Assembly (NCBI GenBank): GCA_900546845.1
Contig: UREK01000012.1
Coordinates: 3,130 to 67,129 of the forward strand
DNA length: 64,000 nucleotides
Reading direction: 5' to 3'
DNA from: an uncultured Eubacteriales bacterium
Lineage (GTDB): Bacteria; Bacillota; Clostridia; Christensenellales; CAG-138
In this document: in pieces, positions 36,548-45,558 of the stretch
Numbering within the stretch: the first letter of the stretch is position 1
Layout of the letters: each line of letters begins with the position of its first letter
Translations under genes and position numbers: made by a program
Notes under the pieces: generated by a model
What the model was told of the DNA's origin: nothing
The model's input: the letters and a program-made list of their open reading frames with translations, nothing else
Databases searched by the model: none

Positions 36548-38119
36548 TTACGCCTTCGGCCCCGCGTTCACAATGTTAGCGGGCATGTTGGAATACTTCT
36601 GGAAGTTCTTCACAAAGCGGGCGGCGAGATCCTTCGCAGTGGCTTCGTATTCCGCCTGATCCTTCCAGAGCGCGCGCTGGTTCAGGAATTCATCCGGCAC
36701 GTTCGGGCAGGTCTTTGGCACCATCACGTTGAAGATGGGGTCAAGTTCGAACTCCGCCTTCTCAAGCTCACCGTTGAGCGCCGCCGTGACCATCGCGCGG
36801 GTATACTTGAGCTTCATGCGGGAGCCGACGCCATATTTGCCGCCCGCCCAGCCGGTATTCACAAGGTACACCTTCGCGCCATGCTCCTCGATCTTCTTGC
36901 CGAGCATCTCCGCGTAGACGGAGGGGTGCAGCGGCAGGAACGGCGCGCCGAAGCAGGTGGAGAAAGTCGTCTGCGGCTCCACGATGCCGCGCTCCGTCCC
37001 GGCCAGCTTGGAGGTGTAGCCGGATACAAAGTGGAACATGGCCTGGTTCTTGTCGAGCCTGGAGATCGGCGGCAGCACGCCGAACGCATCCGCCGTAAGG
37101 AAGATGACCGTCTTCGGGTGGCCTGCAACGCCGGGGATCACACAGTTGGGGATGTACTCCACGGGGTAGCCCACGCGGGTGTTCTCGGTGAGGGTCGCGT
37201 CCGTGAAGTCGAACTCGCGGGTTTCATCCTCCATGATGACGTTTTCAACAAGAGAGCCGAACTTGATCGCATCCCAGATCTGCGGCTCGTTCTCTTTGGA
37301 AAGGTTGATGCACTTGGCATAGCAGCCGCCCTCGATGTTGAAGCAACCCTTATCGCTCCAGCCGTGCTCGTCGTCGCCGATGAGCATGCGGTTCGGGTCG
37401 GCGGAAAGGGTGGTCTTGCCCGTGCCGGAAAGGCCATAGAACAGCGCGACGTCGCCCGCTTCGCCTACGTTTGCGGAGCAATGCATGGAAAGCACGCCCT
37501 GCTTGGGAAGCAGGTAATTCATCACGGAGAAGATGGACTTCTTGATCTCGCCCGCGTACTGGCTGCCCGCGATGAGCACGGTGCGCTTGTCGAAATTGAC
37601 GAGGATCGCCGCCTCGGAGTTCACGCCATCCACAGCGGGGATGCACTTGAAGCCGGGCGCTGCGATCACGGTGAAGCCGGGGATGAAGCTCTCAAGCTGC
37701 TCCGCCGTGGGGCGCACGAGCAGCTGATGAATGAAGAGGTTCTGGCTCGCGAGCTCGTTCACCACACGCACGGGCAGGTGATAGGTCTCGTCTGCGCCGG
37801 CAAAGCCGTCGAACACGAAGATGTCGCGGCCCTGCAGATAGGCCATCATGCGATTATAGATGCCCTCGTATTTTTCCGCGCTGATGGGCACGTTCACCTT
37901 GCCCCAGTCGATGTCGTCATGGACGGCGGGGGTGTCTACCACAAAGCGGTCGTTCGGGGAACGCCCGGTGTATTTGCCGGTCGTTACGACGAACGCACCG
38001 GTGTTCGCAAGCTTGCCTTCGCCGCGCGCGAGCGCGTGTTCCACAAGCTGCGCCGGGGTCAGGTTGCGGTAAACCGCTTTCGGCGCGATGATCCCAAGGG
38101 ATTCGATGTAGGCCTTCAT
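36548..38119 (-). CDS. pckA: Phosphoenolpyruvate carboxykinase (ATP)
   Basis: [13 protein letters not shown] kinase-1a motif and ...GDDEHGW... ATG at 38119 with an AAAGGAG RBS. Confidence 0.93.
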   Translation of the reverse strand: MKAYIESLGIIAPKAVYRNLTPAQLVEHALARGEGKLANTGAFVVTTGKYTGRSPNDRFVVDTPAVHDDIDWGKVNVPISAEKYEGIYNRMMAYLQGRDIFVFDGFAGADETYHLPVRVVNELASQNLFIHQLLVRPTAEQLESFIPGFTVIAAPGFKCIPAVDGVNSEAAILVNFDKRTVLIAGSQYAGEIKKSIFSVMNYLLPKQGVLSMHCSANVGEAGDVALFYGLSGTGKTTLSADPNRMLIGDDEHGWSDKGCFNIEGGCYAKCINLSKENEPQIWDAIKFGSLVENVIMEDETREFDFTDATLTENTRVGYPVEYIPNCVIPGVAGHPKTVIFLTADAFGVLPPISRLDKNQAMFHFVSGYTSKLAGTERGIVEPQTTFSTCFGAPFLPLHPSVYAEMLGKKIEEHGAKVYLVNTGWAGGKYGVGSRMKLKYTRAMVTAALNGELEKAEFELDPIFNVMVPKTCPNVPDEFLNQRALWKDQAEYEATAKDLAARFVKNFQKYSNMPANIVNAGPKA

Positions 38120-38205
38120 CTCAGTACTCCTTTGCATTTTCGCTTTTTGATCTTTTTATTTTTGAAAGGCGCAGCCCTGCGCCAACCAGGCTTTGTGCGG
38201 CGCGC

Positions 38206-38736
38206 TCAGGAATTGTCCCTGCGCCATGCGCCTTCGAACACGATGTGGCTGAGCTCGGCGCGGGGCCGGGGAGCCGGCGCTTCATCCGGCACGCCGAGCG
38301 GCGTGATTGCAACGACCTTCACCTCCCGCGGGATGCCGAGGAGGTTGCGCACCGGGTTTTCCGGGAAGTAGCCGACCCAGCAGGTGCCAAGCCCCTCCGC
38401 TGCAGCGGCGAGGACGAGATGCTCCATGCTGATCCCGCAATCCACCAGGTAGTATTCCTTGCCCGCGTTGAAGCCGCTGTCAGACGGCTCGGCGCAGAGC
38501 ACGAGCGCATAGGGCGCTTTTTCGTAGCATGCTGCGGAAGGGTTGTCGATCAGCTCGCCGAGGGTTTTGCGCGTCGCGGGATCGGATACGACGATGTAGC
38601 GGTGGCACTGGCGGTTGCACCAGGAAGGGGCGAGCCGCGCCGCTTCCAGAATGCGGTCCAGCGTTTCGCGCGGGACGGGATCTTCCTTGTATTTGCGGAT
38701 GCTACGCCGTGCAGCGATCGTTTCGTAAAACTCCAT
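38206..38736 (-). CDS. Nitroreductase family protein
   Basis: MEFYETIAARRSIRKYKEDPVPRETLDRILEAARLAPSWCNRQ. Confidence 0.85.
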   Translation of the reverse strand: MEFYETIAARRSIRKYKEDPVPRETLDRILEAARLAPSWCNRQCHRYIVVSDPATRKTLGELIDNPSAACYEKAPYALVLCAEPSDSGFNAGKEYYLVDCGISMEHLVLAAAAEGLGTCWVGYFPENPVRNLLGIPREVKVVAITPLGVPDEAPAPRPRAELSHIVFEGAWRRDNS

Positions 38737-38988
38737 GCGTTCCCCTTTCCTCGTGCCGCAAATGCAGGATTTCCTGCGTTTTGTCTTTTTGTGCAGCAAA
38801 TCATTTATTTTAGTATAGCATCACAGCCCCGTTTTTACAACCACCGCAGCGCGCAAAAGCTCGCTTCCCGCGCAGAAGTTCCGCGCTTTGGCCCGTATGC
38901 GCAATTCGCCATTGCCCTTCGCCCGCAGCGCATGGTAAAATGAAGCGGAACAGTATTCCACGAAGGAGTTTTATCTTTAAATTAAGTT

Positions 38989-39792
38989 ATGAAGCATGCC
39001 CTCGTCCGCCTTTTTGCGCCCGTCTGCCTCACAGCCGCCCTTTGCGCCGGCTGCACGCTGAGCCCGCAAAGCACGCCTACGCCCGCGCCGGTCGACGTCA
39101 CACCCGTGCCGGCGGCTGCAACCCCCGTGCCCACGCCGAGTCCCACGCCGGAACCTACGCCCTCCCCTACGCCCGTGCCTACGCCAAGCCCCACGCCGGA
39201 GCCGACGGCCTACCAGAGCGCGGAATACCCGCTCACGCCCAAAAGCCTGCGCACGCGGGAGGGCGGCCGTTACCCGGAGGAGGAACGCCTTAACGATGAT
39301 CCGGAAAAGTTCCGCGCCGTGGTCGATCTCACGAATCAGGCCGTATGCGTCTACGAAAAGGACGAGGCGGGCGAATACACCGTGCTCGTGCGGGAGATGA
39401 TCTGTTCCTCCGGCATTGAGGAGACGAACCGAAGCCCGCGCGGCACCTTTCAAATGGGCGAGGATTACAAGCGTTTCGCCTTTTTTGTGAATTTCAACTG
39501 CTATGCGCAGTATTGGTCCCAGATCCGCGGGCGGATCTATTTCCATTCCGTCCCTTATTCCGAACGGGACGACCGGTATTTGATTGAGGAGGAATTCTGG
39601 CTTCTTGGCCAGCCTGCCTCCCACGGCTGTATCCGCCTCCTGCCGGACGACGCGCAGTGGATCTACCTTTATCTCTGCCCCGGCTCCACCGTGACCATCA
39701 CGGATGAACTCCCGGCGGACCCTGAACTTGTGGCGCGCCTCTTGCCCAAGGAAACGCCTGCGCCGGACTGCTATGGAATCGCTGAAGATTAA
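38989..39792 (+). CDS. L,D-transpeptidase (YkuD) lipoprotein with Pro/Thr-rich linker
   Basis: Lipobox LTAALCAGC, PT-repeat linker, catalytic ...GQPASHGCIRLLPDDAQWIY. Confidence 0.85.
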   Translation: MKHALVRLFAPVCLTAALCAGCTLSPQSTPTPAPVDVTPVPAAATPVPTPSPTPEPTPSPTPVPTPSPTPEPTAYQSAEYPLTPKSLRTREGGRYPEEERLNDDPEKFRAVVDLTNQAVCVYEKDEAGEYTVLVREMICSSGIEETNRSPRGTFQMGEDYKRFAFFVNFNCYAQYWSQIRGRIYFHSVPYSERDDRYLIEEEFWLLGQPASHGCIRLLPDDAQWIYLYLCPGSTVTITDELPADPELVARLLPKETPAPDCYGIAED

Positions 39793-39817
39793 AAACAAAC
39801 CGCAAAGGAGCTGCATT

Positions 39818-40855
39818 ATGCGCCGCTATCCGTTCCCCAAGATTGATCTGCATCTGCACCTGGACGGCTCCATGCTGCCGGAAACCGCCTGGGAGCTTGC
39901 GCGTGAGCGCGGCGTCCCCATGCCGGCAGGCACGCTGGAAGAGTTCCGCACATTCCTCGTCGTCACAGCCGATTGCCGCAGCGTAAACGAATACCTCATG
40001 CGCTTCGAAATACCGCTCTCCATCCTGCAGGATAAGGCTTCCCTCGCCCGGGTGACGCGGGAGCTGATCGAGCTGCTCGCCGCCCAGGAGCTTGCGTATG
40101 CGGAAATCCGCTTCGCGCCGCAACTGCACACACGCAAGGGGCTCACGCAGCGCGACGCGGTCGAGGCAGTGCTCGAAGGGATGCGTTCGGGGGTTGCGAA
40201 ATGCCCTTCGATCGGGATCGGAATCCTGCTGTGCGCGATGTGCGTGGGGACGGCGGAGGCCAACGCGGCGGAAAACCTGCTGACGGTGGAGCTCGCGCGG
40301 GAATTCCTCGGCCAGGGCGTAGTTGGCGTAGACCTTGCGGGCGCGGAGGGGATCGTCCCGCTCGAGGACTTCGCGCCCATTTTCGCGCGGGCGCGCGAGC
40401 TCAGCGTGCCCTTTACCTGCCATGCCGGGGACAGTCAGGGTCCGGACACAGTCCAGGCCGCGCTCGACTTCGGCGCGAAACGGATCGGCCATGGCCACCA
40501 CATCGCGTTGGACCGCTCGCTTTGCGCGCGCGCCATCCGGGACGGGGTGACGCTTGAAATCTGCCCCACGAGCAACATCCAGTGCGAAACGCAGCCTTCC
40601 TATGAGGCGCATCCGCTCAAGCGGCTGATCGACATGGGCGTTCCCTGCACGATCAACACGGATAATATGATTCTTTCGGGCATCGACCTCAACAAGGAAT
40701 ATGACCACTGCGTCAACGAGATGGGCCTTAGCTATGCGGATCTGATCCGCTGCAACATCAACAGCGTCCGCGCTGCCTTTCTGGATGACGTCCGGAAAGC
40801 CGCGCTGATTGAGGAGCTGCTCGCCTGCCTGGAATCGTTTCCCGGCAAAAAATGA
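39818..40855 (+). CDS. add: Adenosine deaminase
   Basis: FPKIDLHLHLDGS...CHAGD...INTDN metal and catalytic motifs. AAAGGAG RBS. Confidence 0.9.
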   Translation: MRRYPFPKIDLHLHLDGSMLPETAWELARERGVPMPAGTLEEFRTFLVVTADCRSVNEYLMRFEIPLSILQDKASLARVTRELIELLAAQELAYAEIRFAPQLHTRKGLTQRDAVEAVLEGMRSGVAKCPSIGIGILLCAMCVGTAEANAAENLLTVELAREFLGQGVVGVDLAGAEGIVPLEDFAPIFARARELSVPFTCHAGDSQGPDTVQAALDFGAKRIGHGHHIALDRSLCARAIRDGVTLEICPTSNIQCETQPSYEAHPLKRLIDMGVPCTINTDNMILSGIDLNKEYDHCVNEMGLSYADLIRCNINSVRAAFLDDVRKAALIEELLACLESFPGKK

Positions 40856-40931
40856 TTGGTTTCCTCCAAAAAGGGCTTGACGGATTCCGCCGCGCATGGT
40901 ATTATAATCCTTGCCGCAATGCGGCTTACGT

Positions 40932-41007
<76 letters not shown>

Positions 41008-41044
41008 AATGATGCGCACGTCGTAAGATGTGCGCATCCCATAT

Positions 41045-41121
41045 GGCGGCGTAGCTCAGTTGGCTAGAGCATTCGGTTCATACCCGGAGTGTCATGTGTT
41101 CGAGTCACATCGCCGCTACCA
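41045..41121 (+). tRNA. tRNA-Met (CAU; elongator Met, or possibly Ile2 via lysidine)
   Basis: GGCGGCGTAGCTCAGTTGGCTAGAGC...GGTTCATACCC...GTTCGAGTCACATCGCCGCTACCA cloverleaf. Its 3' 44 nt are duplicated at 55170-55213. Confidence 0.85.
41077..41120 (+). repeat. attL core: 44-bp direct repeat (3' part of tRNA-Met)
   Basis: TTCATACCCGGAGTGTCATGTGTTCGAGTCACATCGCCGCTACC, identical to 55170-55213. Confidence 0.9.
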
Positions 41122-41129
41122 TCGGAAAA

Positions 41130-41160
41130 GTCCCTAAGTTAGGGGCTTTTTCTGTTTTTG
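41130..41160 (+). terminator. Terminator after tRNA-Met (element-encoded side)
   Basis: GTCCCTA-agt-TAGGGGC followed by TTTTTCTGTTTTTG. Confidence 0.6.
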
Positions 41161-41561
41161 TTCATCTCAACTCAACCCCGTTTCGGCAACATTTTGGCAA
41201 CTATTCATCATGGAGTTCATCATGAGATGATAAACGGGGGTTGAGAAGCCACCCATGAGCCAGTGGAGAGCAAAAAGAGAGCAGGGGTTCATCATTCGGA
41301 AAATCCCGAAATGATGAACTCCTGCTCCGAAAATCCGGGGTGGACACACCATCAACTGCTGGGTGTGTGGAGGGAGAAATCCCAGAATATATTCGTTATA
41401 GTGAAAATAAAAGGGAGTTACGCAAGCTACCACTGCCGAAACCAGGTAGACACGTCCGAAACGGGCCTTGCTTCTCCTCCCTAAACTAATATAGTCTAAA
41501 GAACGATATATCGCAATATCGATATTCAATCATGAGCTTCATGACTGCTTTACTATTTTCC

Positions 41562-42690
41562 TCACGCTCCCAGATGCTTATTCAGCGCATCCACCGCAGC
41601 CTGTTCCTTCCCCTCCGAGAGATGGGTATAGATTTTCAGCGTGACTTGGATATCGCTATGGCCAAGGAACTTCTGCGCCGATTTCACATCCACTCCCGCA
41701 TCGTAGAGGGTTGAGGCCATCGTATGCCTCAACTGGTGGGCGCTGAACTCCTTCAGCGTCTGCACCTTCGGCCTGCTCCGGCTGGCGTCCCTTCCCCCGG
41801 CTTTGAGGTTGAGATAATGGAGGTAGCTGTCCCACGCTACATTGTAAGCGGTGTGCGTCATGAGTTCCCCCTTTACTGAGGGACAAACATATTCGGATTC
41901 AGCATTATCCTTTGCCTTTTGAAGCAATGGGATTATCTTTTTTCGGGATAGGAACTGTTCGTATTCCCGTCTTCGTCTTCGGTGTTTTAATGGACACGCT
42001 GTTGTTGTGGAAAGCCACGGCTTTGTTCACCGTAAGCCTCTCGGCTTCCAAATCAATATCCTCCCACTTTAGGGCAAGCAGCTCGCCCTTACGGATTCCC
42101 GTGTAGAGCATGATCAGCACGGGGATGCCCATGCGGTGGCCTTCGCAGGTATCAAAAACTAGCTTGCGGGTGGCTTTATCAATAGGCTCCCGCTCCTCGG
42201 CCTCGGTCTTGGGCACCGTCACCTTGGCGAACACATTCCTGTGAATTAGGTCATTTTCCACCGCAGCTTCAAGAACTTGGGCAGCGGTCTGTTTGATCTC
42301 GGTCATGGTTTTGCTGGAATACCCCTTTTCAGCCAAGCCATTGATAACCATCTTCAGATGTAGGGGCTTGAGCTCCCGCAGCTTCATATTGCCGATGCTG
42401 GGATTGAGATGCTTTTCAAGAACGGATTCGTAGCGGCGGTAGGATGATCCGCCAGCCAGATTGCATTTGTACTGCGTCAGCCAGAGCTTCCCCATCTCAG
42501 AGAATGTCATATCCAGATTGGCCACGTCCATGCCCTGTTCCTGCTGGCGCTTGAATTCCGCCACCAGCGCATCAACCTCCTTGAGGGTGGTGGCAGTGAA
42601 GAACTTACGGATGGGCTTTCCGTTCTCATCTACTCCGATTTTCACAGACCGCTGATAGCGGCCATTTTTCTGTTTTTTTGCGGTTGCCAT
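41562..42690 (-). pseudogene. Tyrosine recombinase/integrase split by a frameshift in an A-run
   Basis: N-terminal ORF (42690-41905: SAM-like and core domains, TGIRKGELLAL with catalytic R) and C-terminal ORF (41927-41562: HQLRHT, LGHSDIQVTLKIYTH). Together they form one integrase if one A of the run at ~41937-41942 is removed. Confidence 0.8.
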
Positions 42691-42865
42691 TGGCTTTTTC
42701 CTCCGTTTCTCGTTAGGTTGGTGTGTGATGTTAGCGTGGAACCCACCGTAAGTCAAGTCTTGTGTGTCGTAGTTTCAAATAGATATGAACTGTCTGCGAA
42801 TTGGGGATAGCTTTCCTCCCAGTTTGCTGGTATTGTCCTTTGTCAGCAAGAATAAGGAGGCCCTC

Positions 42866-43210
42866 ATGCGGCAGATTTTGGAATCCCTGTACGATATCTT
42901 TTACGAGCCGCTGCCCGAAGCAGAGCTAAAGCAATCCGTGAATGAATGCCACTGGCAGCTCATCGACAGGCTGGAGAAGCCGGAACGCAAGCTGGTACTG
43001 AGGATCATAGACGCGCAAGACCAAATCGCGGAAAACCTCTCAACTGACAGCTTCATCGCCGGATTCCAACTGGCATGGCGGCTGGCAAGTGAATTATATC
43101 TCCGGGAAAAGGAGCGTCCGACGCGGGTGCGAAAGCCCAGACCGGACGCTCTTTTCATCCCAGAGGAGAGCAATGACGAGGAGGACGGAGAACTCCGCCC
43201 TCTCGTCTGA
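42866..43210 (+). CDS. Small helical protein of mobile-element type (paralog 1; possibly DUF6809-like)
   Basis: MRQILESLYDIFYEP...FIAGFQLAWRLASEL...EEDGELRPLV. AAGGAGG RBS. Paralogous to 43805-44098. Confidence 0.65.
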   Translation: MRQILESLYDIFYEPLPEAELKQSVNECHWQLIDRLEKPERKLVLRIIDAQDQIAENLSTDSFIAGFQLAWRLASELYLREKERPTRVRKPRPDALFIPEESNDEEDGELRPLV

Positions 43211-43497
43211 GGCCACGTGGCCCCACGTGTGCCCCCGTGTGCGATTCTTATGGGCTGGGTGGCATAACCTGCCACCCTTCCCCGTTGAACGCAGCTTGGG
43301 GCGTTTGTGCGTGAAATCTTCTCCCGCCCAATACCCCTCTACAATATAGACGCTGGGAGAAGGGTTTTGTAAACCGATCGGGTTCGGCAAAACTGCCCAA
43401 CCCGATTCGCAAATAATCTCCTCTTCTCAGCGCCACCTTCGGACAACATTGTCCAAAGGTTCTAACCTCTTGGCATTCTTGCCAAAAGGTTAGGATC

Positions 43498-43528
43498 GGA
43501 GATGGCAACGGTGCCATCTCCGGTTTTC
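43498..43528 (+). terminator. Rho-independent terminator within the island spacer
   Basis: GGAGATGGCA-acgg-TGCCATCTCC followed by GGTTTTC. Confidence 0.65.
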
Positions 43529-43804
43529 ATGCCCAAAAATACGGCGGCATTGCTCCAACGCCTGAAAACAGGAGGCATACCGGGATAAAATGTTAAGCCG
43601 CAGGATGGAAAATCAAGGTTGGACAACGTTGGACAACCTTGATCCTGCTTTATATCATGTTACTACCATTTTGTGGTAGTAACATGGTGCTTTCTGCCGT
43701 ATTTACTACCATGAAACTATCATGAGACTGTTCGTGAAATGGGACTAGCTTTCTTTCTGGATTGCTGATATTGTTTATTGTCAGCAAAGACGGAGGTCAA
43801 AATC

Positions 43805-44098
43805 ATGCGAAAGATTCTGGAGGATCTTTACTACGGTAACATCGCTCCCAACGCAAAGACTTTTTCGAAAAACTCTCCTTACGCCAAGGCCATGGACAAG
43901 CTGGACAAGAGCGATGCCTATCTGCAAGGGGTGCTGGATGAGGAAGGCAAGGCCATGCTCAAGGCCTTCGAGGATGCCCAGAGCGAGGTCAGCGACATCG
44001 GCATTGTGGAAGCCTTTATTGACGGCTTCCGACTTGGGGCAAAGCTCATGCTGGCGGCGCTCAGCGAGGATGACGGCGAGCTGCGGCCGCTGATTTAA
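43805..44098 (+). CDS. Small helical protein of mobile-element type (paralog 2)
   Basis: MRKILEDLYYGNIAPN...FIDGFRLGAKLMLAALSEDDGELRPLI. GGAGG RBS. Confidence 0.7.
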   Translation: MRKILEDLYYGNIAPNAKTFSKNSPYAKAMDKLDKSDAYLQGVLDEEGKAMLKAFEDAQSEVSDIGIVEAFIDGFRLGAKLMLAALSEDDGELRPLI

Positions 44099-44269
44099 AG
44101 AGCGCTAAATTTGATACTGAAAAGTAGGCAACTTTACTATCCGCAAGCCCCTGAGCGCTAAGCCTGACTACTTTCGGCCACGGGAAAACTATCTGTGAAA
44201 TGGGGGGTTCCCTTTCCAAAGGTTCCGGTCTATTGTGTTGTTGCAAAAAAACGACAGGAGGAACCGAAC

Positions 44270-44713
44270 ATGAGAAGATTGGGAACGCTGGTCATGGTCA
44301 TCTTGCTCATCACAGGATGCAACGCAATGCAGCCCAACATGGAAGAAACGAAGTTGCTGTGGCGAGAAACTGAGAAAAATATGCAGGCGTGGGCACTCCC
44401 GACAAAGACAGAAGCCAGCCCTGCCGAAAAGCTCCAGATCATACCGGAGCCAACAGTAGAAATACCGCAGAAAACGCCCACACCAACCGAAGAACCTGCA
44501 TCGCAACCGCCCACACCAACGCCGATACCGGACCAGGATAAAACCGTACAGGAAAGCACCGGCTATCACGAACAGACTACGCCCCAACAAGAGGAAAAAC
44601 CAGAGATAATCGACTGGCCCTACATCACCTGTCCGCCGGAACCATCCTCCACACCTGAAATAGACTTGCCTTACATCACCGCTCCGGAAGTGCCCACCTA
44701 CACCGGAACCTGA
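44270..44713 (+). CDS. Pro/Thr/Glu-rich lipoprotein (probably the truncated 5' part of a longer gene)
   Basis: Signal peptide plus lipobox MRRLGTLVMVILLITGC. AGGAGG RBS. The same composition continues in another frame after the stop. Confidence 0.6.
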   Translation: MRRLGTLVMVILLITGCNAMQPNMEETKLLWRETEKNMQAWALPTKTEASPAEKLQIIPEPTVEIPQKTPTPTEEPASQPPTPTPIPDQDKTVQESTGYHEQTTPQQEEKPEIIDWPYITCPPEPSSTPEIDLPYITAPEVPTYTGT

Positions 44714-45221
44714 ACCCACAGAACCAACGCAAGAAGAACCCATACCAACGCCCCAGCTCATCCCGGACGTCCCTGCCGACCCTACCCCGGAACCAACGGA
44801 ACAGCCAGCTGAGCAGCCCGCTGCCGGCTATGCCGAATGCTCCTGCGGGGCAAGGCTGACCCCGGAGGAAGTCTTACCCCCACATGAAAGCCTACGCCAT
44901 GAACGGCGAAAGCCACAGCTGCCGGGCATACTGAGCCGAACTCCCCCCACGGACCTGCGCAAGCGGGCCCATCATTTTTCTTTGAAAGCCTTCAAACCAA
45001 GGCTTTCAATCCCCTACCACATCAACACAGCCTGCTTCAGCGGGCCGGAAGGCGGCGCCATCGGCGCTGCCTTAGCAGGCATAGCAAAAATGTACATTTT
45101 GCGCCGCCTGTCGGGTGTCCCCGAACCCCTATGACGCTGATGGGCGGAGAAAGGCTTGGCTTTTTCGCAAATCAGACGCAGTTGAGATATTCAACACAAT
45201 ATTTAAATATGCCGATATTGG

Positions 45222-45250
45222 TTGAAGAATCGAGAAAAAACTGATAAAAT
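45222..45250 (+). promoter_or_regulatory. Putative sigma-A promoter for the HTH gene and the hsd operon
   Basis: TTGAAG, 17 nt spacer, TAAAAT, about 55 nt upstream of the HTH gene. Confidence 0.45.
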
Positions 45251-45307
45251 GTTATATTCATAATCGTGTCTTAGGCGATGCTGTTTTGATGTGCGGAGGG
45301 ATTCTGG

Positions 45308-45535
45308 ATGGCATATTCTTATAACCGGCTCTGGAAACTCATGATCGATAAAAAGATCAACAAAACAGCCTTGCGGCGTGAAGCCGGAATCACATCCAAC
45401 GCCATGGCAAAACTGGGAAAAGACTTGCCGGTCAACGTGGAAGTGCTGGCAAAGATTTGCCGCGTCCTCGATTGTACGGTGGACGATATTATGGAGATTT
45501 TGCCCGATAAAGATGTGGGTACCGGCAACCAATAG
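45308..45535 (+). CDS. XRE/Cro-type helix-turn-helix protein
   Basis: 75 aa, LWKLMIDKKINKTALRREAGITSNAMAKLGKDLPVNVEVLAKICRVLDCTVDDIMEI. Ends 23 nt before hsdM. Confidence 0.8.
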   Translation: MAYSYNRLWKLMIDKKINKTALRREAGITSNAMAKLGKDLPVNVEVLAKICRVLDCTVDDIMEILPDKDVGTGNQ

Positions 45536-45558
45536 TATAACAGGAAAGGTATCGCCCA

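Noticed and set aside
41167-41529. ORFs of 120 aa (minus strand) and 73 aa (plus strand, 41263-41484), considered as a possible excisionase next to the integrase
   Set aside because: There is no HTH or Xis-like sequence and no RBS. The ORFs run through the TTCATCAT repeat clusters and inverted repeats, so they are more likely non-coding arm DNA.
43589-43669. 26-aa mini-ORF (MLSRRMENQGWTTLDNLDPALYHVTTILW) in the island spacer
   Set aside because: The AGGAGG is 14 nt from the ATG, which is too far. The ORF is built from the GGACAAC repeats and the palindrome, and there is no support for translation.
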